A stretch of 64,000 bases of DNA from Candidatus Poseidoniaceae archaeon (GTDB lineage: Archaea > Thermoplasmatota > Poseidoniia > Poseidoniales > Poseidoniaceae). The position numbers were made by a program, and so were the translations under genes. Shown here in pieces: positions 23,208 to 32,905 of the stretch. Location of the stretch: NCBI GenBank assembly GCA_964228815.1, contig CAXRAL010000007.1, positions 41,891 through 105,890 on the forward strand, in the 5' to 3' direction. Position 1 is the stretch's first letter. Each line of letters opens with the position of its first letter. The notes below the pieces were generated by a model, which worked only from the letters and a program-made list of their open reading frames with translations, did no database searches and was not told the DNA's origin.

Positions 23208-23953
23208 CGTCCGTTGCTTGCAAGGGTGAATCGCGCCTCGCCGGGCAAAAGCACCTGCCCCGCACCGAAGAACGCCTCGGCCCGAGCGGCAAACATTGAG
23301 CACAACAGGATTCCAAGTCCGAAGCCGAAGGGAACGCCGGTCAACACTCGCTTGAAGTTGGTTGATTCATACGACGTGAGGAGTTGAAGGAAACCGTCAG
23401 CGATCAGCGGAACGCAAAGCAACATGCCGCATGCCAACCACAACATCGTGCGCTGATTTTTTGCATACACGCCGTGAAGCATGGATTCAGGCAGCAGAGA
23501 GAGGCAGGTATCACGAACCGTCCACCGATTCCAACCGCGGCGAGAGAACACAACGCCGCCAATAAATAGGCCAGCAAAGATGCCAACATCACGGGTGCAG
23601 ACAGGAAGTTGGTTGTTGTTTACTTCCCACGAACGCTCTGATTTTTGATGGCAATTTACATCGCCAAAACCGTAGATGATGGCGGCGTAGAAGTTGACCT
23701 CTGACCATGCAAAGGCGGGGCAGCATTGGCCGTCACCAGCCCCCATGTCGGCGGCTTGGTTGCCATGTGATCCAAAGCCGTCCTCGCTGTAGTAATCGAT
23801 GGCGTTGGCGCGACCCTGAAGCGGCCCAACCGAGCCCTCCTCAAGGGTCATGGGAGCGAGGAAAAACGACACGAGGAGGAACCCACAAACACCCAACACC
23901 CATCGTCCAATCTTGCCTTCCCGCATCCGGTCGGGCAAACCATTGCGCTCCAT
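23192..23953 (-). CDS. DUF2085-family polytopic membrane protein
   Basis: Conserved GDVNCHQKSERSW motif (DUF2085 CHQ..ERS signature) plus multiple TM helices. Confidence 0.5.
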   Translation of the reverse strand: MERNGLPDRMREGKIGRWVLGVCGFLLVSFFLAPMTLEEGSVGPLQGRANAIDYYSEDGFGSHGNQAADMGAGDGQCCPAFAWSEVNFYAAIIYGFGDVNCHQKSERSWEVNNNQLPVCTRDVGIFAGLFIGGVVFSRRGWNRWTVRDTCLSLLPESMLHGVYAKNQRTMLWLACGMLLCVPLIADGFLQLLTSYESTNFKRVLTGVPFGFGLGILLCSMFAARAEAFFGAGQVLLPGEARFTLASNGRQESE

Positions 23954-24033
23954 GCAGTCCTAAGCCCGGCAGAATCACTTCATTCTTTCTTCATCAACCA
24001 AGCCTTCAATGGCCCCACGCCTCATCCGTCATC

Positions 24034-24666
24034 ATGGCCGAGACCGAGCGCCCCCGCATTGGCTTGGTCACCGGCGTCCAAGCGGGTGGCTTCATCGGCC
24101 TCTTTCTTGGTTTTTCACTCGCCGTTGTTTCGGCGTTGACCGATCCCGATGCCTTGGTGAGGCTTGTTCAACTCATGTGCATCACGCCGGTGGCTTGTGC
24201 TCTTCTTTTCGGTCCGTTCTTGGGCTTCAGAAGGGCACCCCTCGTCTCCAACGTGGACCCCATCGATGAGATCAGAACTCGGCTCCAACCCTTCAACGAA
24301 GGCCAAGGGAAGTGGCGCGTGCTCAGCCATGTTCGGAGCGACGGTCGAACGGTTCGCATCGACCTCCACAACTCAACTCAACCCTTGACCATCGTGGCTT
24401 CAACCCTCGAATTGGCTGAGGAACACCCCATTCGCTACATCGTCGGACGAGGTGAAGCCCGAAGCAGAGACCCCGAACTGCGTGGCACGGTGCTGGCGTA
24501 CATCGAAGAGCACGTCATGCTGAACCGACGCCGGCGAACCTCCTCGTCCGTGGAAGTGCTTCCACCGTCGGTGATCGAACACATGGAAGCCACGCATCGC
24601 ATGCATCGTCGCTTGTTCTACCTCCTACCCATCATCCTGTTCTTTGCCTGGCTGGAAATGCGCTGA
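24034..24666 (+). CDS. hypothetical membrane protein
   Basis: ATG at 24034 (MAETERPRIGLVTGVQAGGFIGLFLGFSLAVV). Two N-terminal TMs, a soluble domain and a C-terminal TM. The track start at 23707 overlaps the DUF2085 gene. Confidence 0.35.
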   Translation: MAETERPRIGLVTGVQAGGFIGLFLGFSLAVVSALTDPDALVRLVQLMCITPVACALLFGPFLGFRRAPLVSNVDPIDEIRTRLQPFNEGQGKWRVLSHVRSDGRTVRIDLHNSTQPLTIVASTLELAEEHPIRYIVGRGEARSRDPELRGTVLAYIEEHVMLNRRRRTSSSVEVLPPSVIEHMEATHRMHRRLFYLLPIILFFAWLEMR

Positions 24667-24709
24667 GGACAACGCAACAGGCTATGAGGGAGCGGCGTCT
24701 CCCGCAAGC

Positions 24710-25702
24710 ATGGCCAACGACATCGGGAAAGCCATGGCTCGGTTAAAGCACCGAGACATTCGCACCCGACGTCGGGCGGTTCGGACGCTGTTTGAGCATG
24801 ATGACCCCTCCGTGCTGCAAGCGTTCAAGCCACTGCTTGATGACGAGGACACCTGGTTCGTCTCAAAAGCACTGGATGCCTACCGAACATGGGGGTTGCT
24901 GTCTGGCAGTGAAGCGATCGAGACCCTTCTCAATCACCGCAATTTGGACGTTCGCAGGGCTGGCGCCAACCTTCTCGCTCCTCTTGGCCAACAAGGCGTT
25001 TCGCTGGCGCTGGTTGCCCTGGACGATGAAGACAACGTCGTGCAGCGGAAAGCGGCCCGGGCTTTGCTTCTCGTGGGAGACGCCGATGTTGCAGAGCGCC
25101 TGGCACACCACAACAGCGATTCAATCCGGGCCACCGGCATGGGCCATCCAGTGCTGCCCGAACCGACCTTGCGTGCAGGGCTGAGCGACCCTCATGAGGG
25201 CGTGCGAGTGGCGGCTTTGAAGAACGCCCTCAAGCGAAGTGTGGACGTGAAAATGGATGATTTGGTTCCGTTCTTGGAAGCCGGGCACCACACCGTGGAC
25301 ATCCTGGTATGGGCGGCCGAACACGAAGCATCGCAGCTCAAACAACTCACCCAGCACATCAAACCAAAGGACATGAAGGCACTCGGGGACCACCTTCGTG
25401 CGACCGTCTCGGATCGTTCTGACCCGTTGATTCAACATCTTCTCGACGGCGGTTTGCTCGAACCTGTGGCACGTTGGGTGATCCGACAAAATGCATCGGA
25501 GGACGACCTTCGATGGCAACTCATCAACGACGAACGCCTCCATGTTATCGAGCGGTGCAAACTCCTCGAACGTCTCATCGGTCGAGCCAACGAACCGAGT
25601 GTCCTTGAACGGGTCAACGAACTCGCTGAGACCACGAAAGATGAACTCCTCAAGGTAGCGTGCGAGAACCTATCAACCGCCGCAACTGAACTTGGAGCAT
25701 GA
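24710..25702 (+). CDS. HEAT-repeat (PBS-lyase-like) protein
   Basis: Repeated DVRRAGANLLAPLG / VVQRKAARALLLVGD / VRVAALKNAL units. ATG at 24710 (MANDIGKAMARL). Stop overlaps the M61 start by 4 nt. Confidence 0.45.
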   Translation: MANDIGKAMARLKHRDIRTRRRAVRTLFEHDDPSVLQAFKPLLDDEDTWFVSKALDAYRTWGLLSGSEAIETLLNHRNLDVRRAGANLLAPLGQQGVSLALVALDDEDNVVQRKAARALLLVGDADVAERLAHHNSDSIRATGMGHPVLPEPTLRAGLSDPHEGVRVAALKNALKRSVDVKMDDLVPFLEAGHHTVDILVWAAEHEASQLKQLTQHIKPKDMKALGDHLRATVSDRSDPLIQHLLDGGLLEPVARWVIRQNASEDDLRWQLINDERLHVIERCKLLERLIGRANEPSVLERVNELAETTKDELLKVACENLSTAATELGA

Positions 25703-27510
25703 GCCTGCCACCCTCCGGTATCCGCTTTCACGCCGATGCGACCAACGGCCGTCAACACCATCTTGGTGCAGGGCTGACCATCGAAGGGCCCTTCACCTCA
25801 CTGCAACTGGTCTTGAGATTCCCTCGTTGGGTACCGGGGTCCTATTTCCTCCGGGAACCGATTCAACACATGTTTGATTTTTCTGCAACCGACGATGCCG
25901 GCACGGAATTGAAATGGAAGCGCGTCGGCGTTGATGGCATCTCGGTTCGCCTCCGAAAAAGCTCCAAGACGGTCCGCCTTGACTACACGCTGCTTGCCAA
26001 GGAACTGAGCGTCCGGTCCAACCACCTTGACACGACCCATTTGCACCTGATGCCACCCTTCACATGGTTTTGGCCCGAACGCGGCATCGACAGCACGCGT
26101 TTGGAATTGAAGCACGGCGTGGACATCACGGCACCATCAGCGTGGACCCCGGCGACGCAACTCCATCTCGATTCAAGCGAAGACCTGAACGATGCCAGCA
26201 AGCAGTGGCACTTCTCCACCGACGGCAGGGACCTGGTGCTGGACAGCATCATCGAAGTCAACCCGAACCCCACCATCACGCACAACATTTCCGGACGACC
26301 CCATCATCTGAAGTGGTGGGACAGCGGTGGCCACCAGCCGGACAGCACCCGCCTCCAATCCTTCATCGACGACATGGAACGTATTGCGAAGGAACATTAC
26401 GCCCTGTTCGGCGTGCCTGATTGGCCCGATTACACCACGGTGCTCCACCTGACCGACACCGGCAGGGGCGGACTGGAACACATGAATTCTCAAACCTCAA
26501 TGATGCCTCGTTCGTGTTTGTTCCCGGACCACGCTGACGAGTACAGGGACCTCGTGAGTTTGTTTTCTCATGAGTACCTCCATCAGTGGAACGTCAAACG
26601 CCTTCGACCCAAATCCTTCCTCGACTACGACTTGCAGTCGGAGACCCACACCGATCTCCTGTGGTGGTTTGAAGGCGCCACGTCGTGGCTGGGCGACATG
26701 ATGTGTGTACGCTCGGGTGCGTGGAGTGAGGAGGACTGGCGATTGGACTTTGAGCGAAAAATGAAGCGGCACACCGCCAACAACGGCATGCTTCGAGAAT
26801 CCCTTGCAGAGTCGAGCCATGATGCATGGATACACCTCTATAGAAGCGGACCCTACACGAGAGAGAACCAAATTTCCTACTACCTTGAAGGTGAACTGGC
26901 GCTGCTCTGCTTGGATGTTGAGTTGCGACGGCGAAACAACCACACCTTCGGTGCTTGCGACCTCATGGCAGAACTTGTTCGTCTGTACGCCATTGATTCG
27001 CCTGAATCCGAAGAGTTGGGCGTTGAGTACAAGGACATCCGAACGACACTCAAAACATGCCCGGGCGGCGAAGCCATGGGCCCCTACCTCGACCGTTTGG
27101 TCAAGCATCGAAACCATCCCAACCTCCAGCGCGCCCTGTCGGCGTTCAGATTGAAATTGGTGCCGCACGCCTCCGACAAGGAAGGAAAGGGATGGCTGGG
27201 TGTCGGCCTCAAAGAGGCCGCCGGCCGGGTCGTGATCACCACTTACCACGCTGGCTCGCCCCTTCGAGAACTGACTCAGGTCGGGGACGAACTGCTTGCG
27301 ATTGACGGCGTGCGCATCAAGTCCGTTCCTCACCTCAAGAAACTCATCGCCGGCCGAACCGCTGATGAGCTCACCATTGACGTGGTCCATGAAGGCATTT
27401 TGAGCACCGTGAACCTGACCCTCCCAGCCTCACCACAGCACGGTGTTTCCCTCAAAGGAAAGGGAAATGAGCGCTGGCGGGATTGGATCAAGACGCGTCA
27501 GGCCCCGTAA
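25699..27510 (+). CDS. M61-family glycyl aminopeptidase with C-terminal PDZ domain
   Basis: HEYLH at 26569..26583 (verified), downstream WWFEGATSW glutamate. C-terminal PDZ-like GVGLKEAAGRVVITTYHAGSPLRELTQVGDELLAIDG. Confidence 0.6.
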   Translation: MSLPPSGIRFHADATNGRQHHLGAGLTIEGPFTSLQLVLRFPRWVPGSYFLREPIQHMFDFSATDDAGTELKWKRVGVDGISVRLRKSSKTVRLDYTLLAKELSVRSNHLDTTHLHLMPPFTWFWPERGIDSTRLELKHGVDITAPSAWTPATQLHLDSSEDLNDASKQWHFSTDGRDLVLDSIIEVNPNPTITHNISGRPHHLKWWDSGGHQPDSTRLQSFIDDMERIAKEHYALFGVPDWPDYTTVLHLTDTGRGGLEHMNSQTSMMPRSCLFPDHADEYRDLVSLFSHEYLHQWNVKRLRPKSFLDYDLQSETHTDLLWWFEGATSWLGDMMCVRSGAWSEEDWRLDFERKMKRHTANNGMLRESLAESSHDAWIHLYRSGPYTRENQISYYLEGELALLCLDVELRRRNNHTFGACDLMAELVRLYAIDSPESEELGVEYKDIRTTLKTCPGGEAMGPYLDRLVKHRNHPNLQRALSAFRLKLVPHASDKEGKGWLGVGLKEAAGRVVITTYHAGSPLRELTQVGDELLAIDGVRIKSVPHLKKLIAGRTADELTIDVVHEGILSTVNLTLPASPQHGVSLKGKGNERWRDWIKTRQAP

Positions 27511-27979
27511 GCGGAGGAAGTTCCTCCAACGTTTCGAGGGGCACAAAAATCGGCGGCGTCTCATCGGGGAGCGTATGGCGGCTTGTCTTTGGGGGAAACA
27601 CCTCATCGGAGAGCGACATGGCAATCACTTCTTCCTTCGTCAGTGAATCCAGCCCACATGCTGGCCAAACGCCGAGTTGAATCGAATCGTCTTCAAGGTA
27701 GTCCACGCACACAGCAGGCACCCGCTTCAACCCCAACAGCACGGCAATGGAATGCCGATGATGACCGTCCAAAATGGCTCCCGTGCGCTTGTCGACGATG
27801 AGTGGTTTGGTGTAGCCACCCCACTTTTTGGTCATCTCGAGCAGTTTATCTCGGTTCTTGGGCTTGATTTCCTCATGGACTTTGAGCCACGCGACGGGGA
27901 CCAGTTGAACATCGTCTTCTGCCCACGACATGCCGTTGTCTCGCTGCCGATTCACATAATGCTTTTTCATGCCCCGCAC
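27488..27979 (-). CDS. ParB/Srx-fold (ParB-like nuclease) domain protein
   Basis: LVPVAWLKVHEE...LIVDKRTGAILDGHHRHSIAVLLGLKRVPAVCVDY matches the ParB N-terminal nuclease/sulfiredoxin fold motif. 163 aa. Confidence 0.5.
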   Translation of the reverse strand: MRGMKKHYVNRQRDNGMSWAEDDVQLVPVAWLKVHEEIKPKNRDKLLEMTKKWGGYTKPLIVDKRTGAILDGHHRHSIAVLLGLKRVPAVCVDYLEDDSIQLGVWPACGLDSLTKEEVIAMSLSDEVFPPKTSRHTLPDETPPIFVPLETLEELPPLTGPDAS

Positions 27980-28003
27980 GCCACAAGCACCAAGGGTGAA
28001 CTC

Positions 28004-29368
28004 ATGGGAGGTACCGAAGCTCTTCTGAAAGGCCTCAAGGCCGACATGGAAGGTGCGCCTTGCCCACCACCCATCGCCCGATGGTTGGCGAGCTTGCCTG
28101 ATGATTTACTCAGCCTACTGCAAACCCTTGCCGAAGCGGGCGAAGGCGCATGGCTGGTCGGCGGTTGTGTGCGCGATGCATGGCTTGGCGAGGCAGCCCC
28201 GGACATTGACGTGTGCACCACCTGCACACCTCACCGCATGATGGAACTCTTCGGCGAACAAGCCATCCCCACGGGCATTGATTTTGGCACCATCACGGTG
28301 AAGGGACAAGGGCGGCATTACGAAGTGACCACCCTCCGCACCGAATCGCTCTACCGGGACGGACGGCGTCCTGACGTCGTCAATTGGGGTCGTTCGTTGA
28401 AGGAGGATTTGAGTCGAAGGGACTTCACCTTCAACAGCATGGCCGTCGATGTCGCCCGACGCAGGCTGTATGATCCGTACAATGGAATGGTTGACCTCCA
28501 ACAGCGCCTGGTTCGAGCGGTCGGCGATGCCAGTCAGCGCTGCGAAGAAGATGCACTCCGAATCCTCCGTGCCTACCGGTTTACCCGACGGGACAGCGGC
28601 CCCCTGTGGGCCATGGACGCTGAGCTTGAGCAGGCCATCGCTCGCCACGGCACCCGCCTGAGCATGGTGGCGATCGAACGACGGTGGATGGAAGTCAAGA
28701 AGATCCTCGCTGGACCAAAGCCAGGGTCTGTCCTCCAAGCCATGCAGGACGGGGGTGTCCTGCGTCATGTCTTTGAGCACCTCATCGTCATGAACACCGC
28801 TCTTCTCAACGTGTTGGACGATGACCGACTTCAACGGCTCCATCTTCACCAGCGCCTCGCCTTGATGATGGTTGAACACCCCACAAAAGAAGCGGTTCAG
28901 CAACTCAAAAGCCTGCGGGCCTCCAACGAACTTCAGCGTTCCACGGCCGCCTTCCATGAAGTCCTGGGCCACCTGCCCTCGAGCGATACGGCGGCGCTAC
29001 GCGTGTTCAGCCATGCCCTCACGACCCAGGCAGAAGCACACCTGCTGACCCTGAAGTGTCTGGCAGACCACGATGTTCGACTCCATACGGGGCTTCAACC
29101 AGAAGCCGCTGCCGTCTCAGAAGTGAAGAAGCGATGGCGCTCTGTGGGACCCAAGAGCGAACCCGTGCCGTGTTTGGTGGACGGGCACTGGCTGATGGCG
29201 CACACGAACATTGGCCAAGGGCTGCGCCTGGGACGGTTGAAGCAATGGTTGCATCGACGCCAAATCGAGGAGGATGTGACCACCATGGAAGGCATGGAAG
29301 CCCTGCTCATTCGGACGCCCTACGAGCACGGTGGTGTCGAAGACTGGCCAACCCCCTCGTTCCCTTGA
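28004..29368 (+). CDS. cca: class II (bacterial-type) tRNA nucleotidyltransferase / poly(A) polymerase family protein (CCA-adding-like)
   Basis: LVGGCVRDAWLG (28160..28177, verified), DIDVCT, ERRDF-type motif SRRDFTFNSMAV, neck LRILRAYRFTRR. These are head and neck motifs of the PolyA_pol/PcnB/CCA family. Start ATG 28004 or 28046; the track start 27677 overlaps the ParB gene. Confidence 0.6.
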   Translation: MGGTEALLKGLKADMEGAPCPPPIARWLASLPDDLLSLLQTLAEAGEGAWLVGGCVRDAWLGEAAPDIDVCTTCTPHRMMELFGEQAIPTGIDFGTITVKGQGRHYEVTTLRTESLYRDGRRPDVVNWGRSLKEDLSRRDFTFNSMAVDVARRRLYDPYNGMVDLQQRLVRAVGDASQRCEEDALRILRAYRFTRRDSGPLWAMDAELEQAIARHGTRLSMVAIERRWMEVKKILAGPKPGSVLQAMQDGGVLRHVFEHLIVMNTALLNVLDDDRLQRLHLHQRLALMMVEHPTKEAVQQLKSLRASNELQRSTAAFHEVLGHLPSSDTAALRVFSHALTTQAEAHLLTLKCLADHDVRLHTGLQPEAAAVSEVKKRWRSVGPKSEPVPCLVDGHWLMAHTNIGQGLRLGRLKQWLHRRQIEEDVTTMEGMEALLIRTPYEHGGVEDWPTPSFP

Positions 29369-29411
29369 TGGTCGGCATCAATTTCATGTGCGCCGAGGTT
29401 CTCGGCGTTCC

Positions 29412-30467
29412 ATGGCGACCGTGGAATTCCGCGACAAAGAGAACTTCATGCAGCGAGCAGCCGCCATCAATCGACGGGTCGAAGGCATCACTCGCAACAA
29501 CACCATGGCGGGTCTGCTCAACAACAATTTCAAGAAATGGTTGGGGGATTCTGCCATGTCGCCGGTGAAACTCACCGAGGAGCTCGACACCAACAAGGAC
29601 GGCTTCATCTCGGGTGACGAATTCGCTACGCTGCTCGGGAAGATGACCGGGGAGCGTCCGCCGGAATGGGTGGTTGAACTGGTCTTTTCCTTCGTCAACG
29701 CCAACGTCAACGAAGGCATTCCTGTTCGGGACTGGATGGCGTTTTTGGCCGCCAGTGGCATGGAGTTCCCCGACGAATTGTTCGAGGAAAAGGTGGAGGT
29801 AACCGGTGCCATCGGTATCCTCGAAGACACTTACGAAACAGGTCAACAGATCTCCGTTTCGGTGTCGTTCAACGTTGAAGTTGTGGCCTACGAATTCTCT
29901 GTGTTTGACAACGCCACAAGGCAGGAAATCCACGCCTCGCTCACACCCAACGTCGACATGGACCGACCCGATTTCGATGAATTCGTCATTGAACTGGATG
30001 AAGCGGGTAACTTCACCGCAGAACTGCGTCATCTTGGCGCTCGCCTTGATACGCACACGTTCACCGTGTTGCCAGCGCCGGTGGAACCGGTGGTTGAGCA
30101 TGTCGAGGAGGCGCCCGCACCGGTTGAGGTGCATGAAACCCCCTTGGAACCGGTCGTGGACGGCTTCGAATCCTTCGTGGCTCATCTTGAATCCATGAAG
30201 TTGCGCAGTGAGGCCCAAGCGGCCATCGGGGAATCGGGAACCTACGGTGTCCCCGTCATCGTTCAATCCATTTCTCGCACGCTGCTCGGGGTTGGCGAGT
30301 ACCGAAACGGTTTCACGGCCCACTGCACGACGGGAGAGGGCACCACGTTCCGCATGATGCTCAAGCCAACAGAAAACCCACCGACGGCCGGCCAAACCTA
30401 CGAGGTGGCCCTCAAGCCACACGATTGGGACGTCGCCCTCAAGCAGTTGATCTGTTTAGAAGCGTGA
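29412..30467 (+). CDS. EF-hand calcium-binding domain protein
   Basis: Canonical EF loop DTNKDGFISGDE at 29586..29621 with a paired degenerate loop NANVNEGIPVRD. Acidic Pro/Val/Glu linker; C-terminal domain unknown. ATG at 29412 (track start 29331 is GTG). The antisense 371-aa ORF was rejected. Confidence 0.55.
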   Translation: MATVEFRDKENFMQRAAAINRRVEGITRNNTMAGLLNNNFKKWLGDSAMSPVKLTEELDTNKDGFISGDEFATLLGKMTGERPPEWVVELVFSFVNANVNEGIPVRDWMAFLAASGMEFPDELFEEKVEVTGAIGILEDTYETGQQISVSVSFNVEVVAYEFSVFDNATRQEIHASLTPNVDMDRPDFDEFVIELDEAGNFTAELRHLGARLDTHTFTVLPAPVEPVVEHVEEAPAPVEVHETPLEPVVDGFESFVAHLESMKLRSEAQAAIGESGTYGVPVIVQSISRTLLGVGEYRNGFTAHCTTGEGTTFRMMLKPTENPPTAGQTYEVALKPHDWDVALKQLICLEA

Positions 30468-31637
30468 TCACTTCAACGCACGAGCGATCACGATGCGCTG
30501 CACCTCTTGTGTGCCCTCGTAAATCTGCGTGATCTTTGCATCACGGAAGAAGCGTTCAACGGGGAATTCCTTGGTGTAGCCGTAGCCACCAAGCACCTGT
30601 ATGGCTCGTTCCGACACCCACATGGCGGTGTCACCAGCGAACAACTTGGCCATGCTGGCCTCCTTGGAGTGCCGTGGACCATCGGCGTGGTAGTGCTGTT
30701 CCTTGGTCCAGGCTGCCTTGTACACCAGCAGACGAGCAGCCTCGATTTGCGTCGCCATGTCGGCGAGGTAGGCCATAATCATCTGGTGGTATGCGATCGG
30801 CTTTCCGAAAGCCTCTCGCTCGTGAGCGTACTGCAGCGCTGACTCGTACGCGCCCTGGGCGATGCCCAACGCTTGTGCGGCGATGCCAATGCGGCTGTTG
30901 TCGAGGGCGTTCATGGCGATGGGGAACCCGTTGCCGACACCTTTGATGGCGTTTTCAATCGGCACTTTGCAGTTGTTGAGCACCAGCGTGCACGTGTCTG
31001 ACGAGCGAATACCCAACTTGTCCTCTTTCTTTCCGACGGAGAATCCTTCGTAAGCAGCATCAACGATGAACGCCGTGGTGCCGCCGTGCTTCTTTGTCCC
31101 GTAGTCGGGGTGGTCAACGTCTTTGGCGAACAGAACGATGATTTGTGCCTGTGCGCCGTTGGTAACCCACATCTTTTCGCCGTTGAGAATGTAATGCGTG
31201 CCGTCGTCAGAGAGTTTAGCTTTGCAAGACATGGCAGCAGCGTCGGTTCCAGCACCTGCTTCGGAAAGTGAATAAGCGCCTACTTCGCCTGCTGCGAGGC
31301 GAGGGAGGAAGGTTGACTTCTGATGCTCATCACCGTGAAGTGCAATGGTCATGGAACACAGACCAACGTGGACACAGTACATGACAGCAAAAGACGGGTC
31401 GACCCGTGCCAACTCTTCGATGATGATCGCCTCGGACACGTCATCGATGGGCGAACCACCGTAGGCTTCGGGAATCGTGATGCCGTGGAGACCGTATTCG
31501 AGGAAGGCCTGCCATTCTTCGGAAGGTGGGATTTGGTTTTGGTCTCGATGTTCCACCGTGGGCGCAAGCACCGTTTCAGCGAAGTCTCTCACCAATTCTC
31601 GAATCATCTGTTGTTCGTCGGTTTCACCGAAGTTCAT
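30468..31637 (-). CDS. acyl-CoA dehydrogenase
   Basis: Full-length ACAD: YGGSPIDDVSEAIIIEE, GxxG FAD region, catalytic region ERFFRDAKITQIYEGTQEVQRIVIARAL. Confidence 0.8.
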   Translation of the reverse strand: MNFGETDEQQMIRELVRDFAETVLAPTVEHRDQNQIPPSEEWQAFLEYGLHGITIPEAYGGSPIDDVSEAIIIEELARVDPSFAVMYCVHVGLCSMTIALHGDEHQKSTFLPRLAAGEVGAYSLSEAGAGTDAAAMSCKAKLSDDGTHYILNGEKMWVTNGAQAQIIVLFAKDVDHPDYGTKKHGGTTAFIVDAAYEGFSVGKKEDKLGIRSSDTCTLVLNNCKVPIENAIKGVGNGFPIAMNALDNSRIGIAAQALGIAQGAYESALQYAHEREAFGKPIAYHQMIMAYLADMATQIEAARLLVYKAAWTKEQHYHADGPRHSKEASMAKLFAGDTAMWVSERAIQVLGGYGYTKEFPVERFFRDAKITQIYEGTQEVQRIVIARALK

Positions 31638-31755
31638 GCGCTCACCAAATCTCCCAACATGAGGAGTCTCTTAACCCGTTTGATTCGGAAAAATTACATT
31701 TTTTTCCTTAGTCTTCATATACCACCCGTGGAAGCCGCGAGATGAGGCAGCGACG

Positions 31756-32181
31756 ATGGATGACGACATCATTGAATTTGTGATTGCTCAAGACCGAAAA
31801 TACTCGATGGACCACCTATGGTTTCAGCAGAAAGACCAGAAGCTCATGATTGGCGTGAGTGAATTTCTCCGTGTTGAAATCGGCGATGTGCTGCGTGTGA
31901 TTTTGCCGCAGGCAGAAACCGAAATCGACGAAGGCGGCAGCCTGTTTTCGCTTTGGACCGCCGACGAGAAGATCTCGTTGACCTCGCCGTTCTCTGGCGT
32001 GATTTCCGACGTCAACGGCGAAGTTGAGATCAACCCCGACCTGGTGAACGATTCCGCCTACAACGACGGTTGGATCATTCTCCTTGAGCCACACGAATTG
32101 CAACTCAACCCCGACGACAAGCAGCTCCTCGAGAACCTCATGGAACACGACGAATACGTCGAATACCTCGCCGAACTTTGA
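31756..32181 (+). CDS. glycine-cleavage H-protein-like lipoyl-domain protein
   Basis: WTADEKISLTSPFSGVISDVNGEV...NDSAYNDGWIILLE parallels GcvH (ESVKA...SPVSGEV...NSDPYGEGW). Confidence 0.45.
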   Translation: MDDDIIEFVIAQDRKYSMDHLWFQQKDQKLMIGVSEFLRVEIGDVLRVILPQAETEIDEGGSLFSLWTADEKISLTSPFSGVISDVNGEVEINPDLVNDSAYNDGWIILLEPHELQLNPDDKQLLENLMEHDEYVEYLAEL

Positions 32182-32246
32182 ACGGGCGGCTGTTGCACGT
32201 CATCCTCCTCCCGAAGGATGATGAACTCACACCCCCACGGAATTCC

Positions 32247-32825
32247 ATGCCTGACGCCATGGAGCAACTCCGTGCCAGCCTCCAAGCAGCACCGGTCATC
32301 TGGAAAGGCGATTATCCGTACTTCATCCATCCCGTCACCGACGGTGTTCCCAGAATGAATCCTGAAGTCTTGACGGCCATCACTGAACTCGTTGTTGGCC
32401 GCGTCGATTGGTCCGGCGTGGACATCTTGCTCGGCATTGAAGCCATGGGTCTGCCCCTGACAGCTCCGCTGTCCATGGCCACGGGTATTCCGCTTGTGAT
32501 CGCTCGAAAGCGTTCCTACGGACTTGATGGTGAGGTGGAAATCGATCAGTCAACGGGCTATTCCAAGGGCGCCATGTACCTCAACGATCTGCAGCAGGGC
32601 GAACGAGTGGCCATTCTCGATGACGTGCTCTCAACCGGCGGCACCCTCGAGGCGGTGATTGAAGGCGTCCGACGAGCGGGGGCCGAGGTGACCGAAATCA
32701 TCGCTGTTGTGGAGAAAGGAGGCGGATTGCGTCGCCTGCAAGGGCTCTACCCCGACATTCGCATTCAGTCCTTGGTTCGCCTGGAGATGGACGGCGACAA
32801 AGTGGTGCTTCTCGACGAAGAATGA
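32247..32825 (+). CDS. type I purine phosphoribosyltransferase-like protein
   Basis: PRPP-binding motif VAILDDVLSTGGTLEAV; ~190 aa. Start assigned to ATG 32247. Confidence 0.5.
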   Translation: MPDAMEQLRASLQAAPVIWKGDYPYFIHPVTDGVPRMNPEVLTAITELVVGRVDWSGVDILLGIEAMGLPLTAPLSMATGIPLVIARKRSYGLDGEVEIDQSTGYSKGAMYLNDLQQGERVAILDDVLSTGGTLEAVIEGVRRAGAEVTEIIAVVEKGGGLRRLQGLYPDIRIQSLVRLEMDGDKVVLLDEE

Positions 32826-32905
32826 GCACACCTAGCCTCTGAGACGCATCCGTCCAATGGGTGGCTTCATGAGGGAGAGGCGCCGCCGCTGAGGTGAGGG
32901 GAAAC

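Noticed and set aside
29307-30422. 371-aa minus-strand ORF
   Set aside because: Antisense to the EF-hand gene, whose plus frame contains a perfect EF-hand loop. The minus frame is Arg/His-rich with no motifs.
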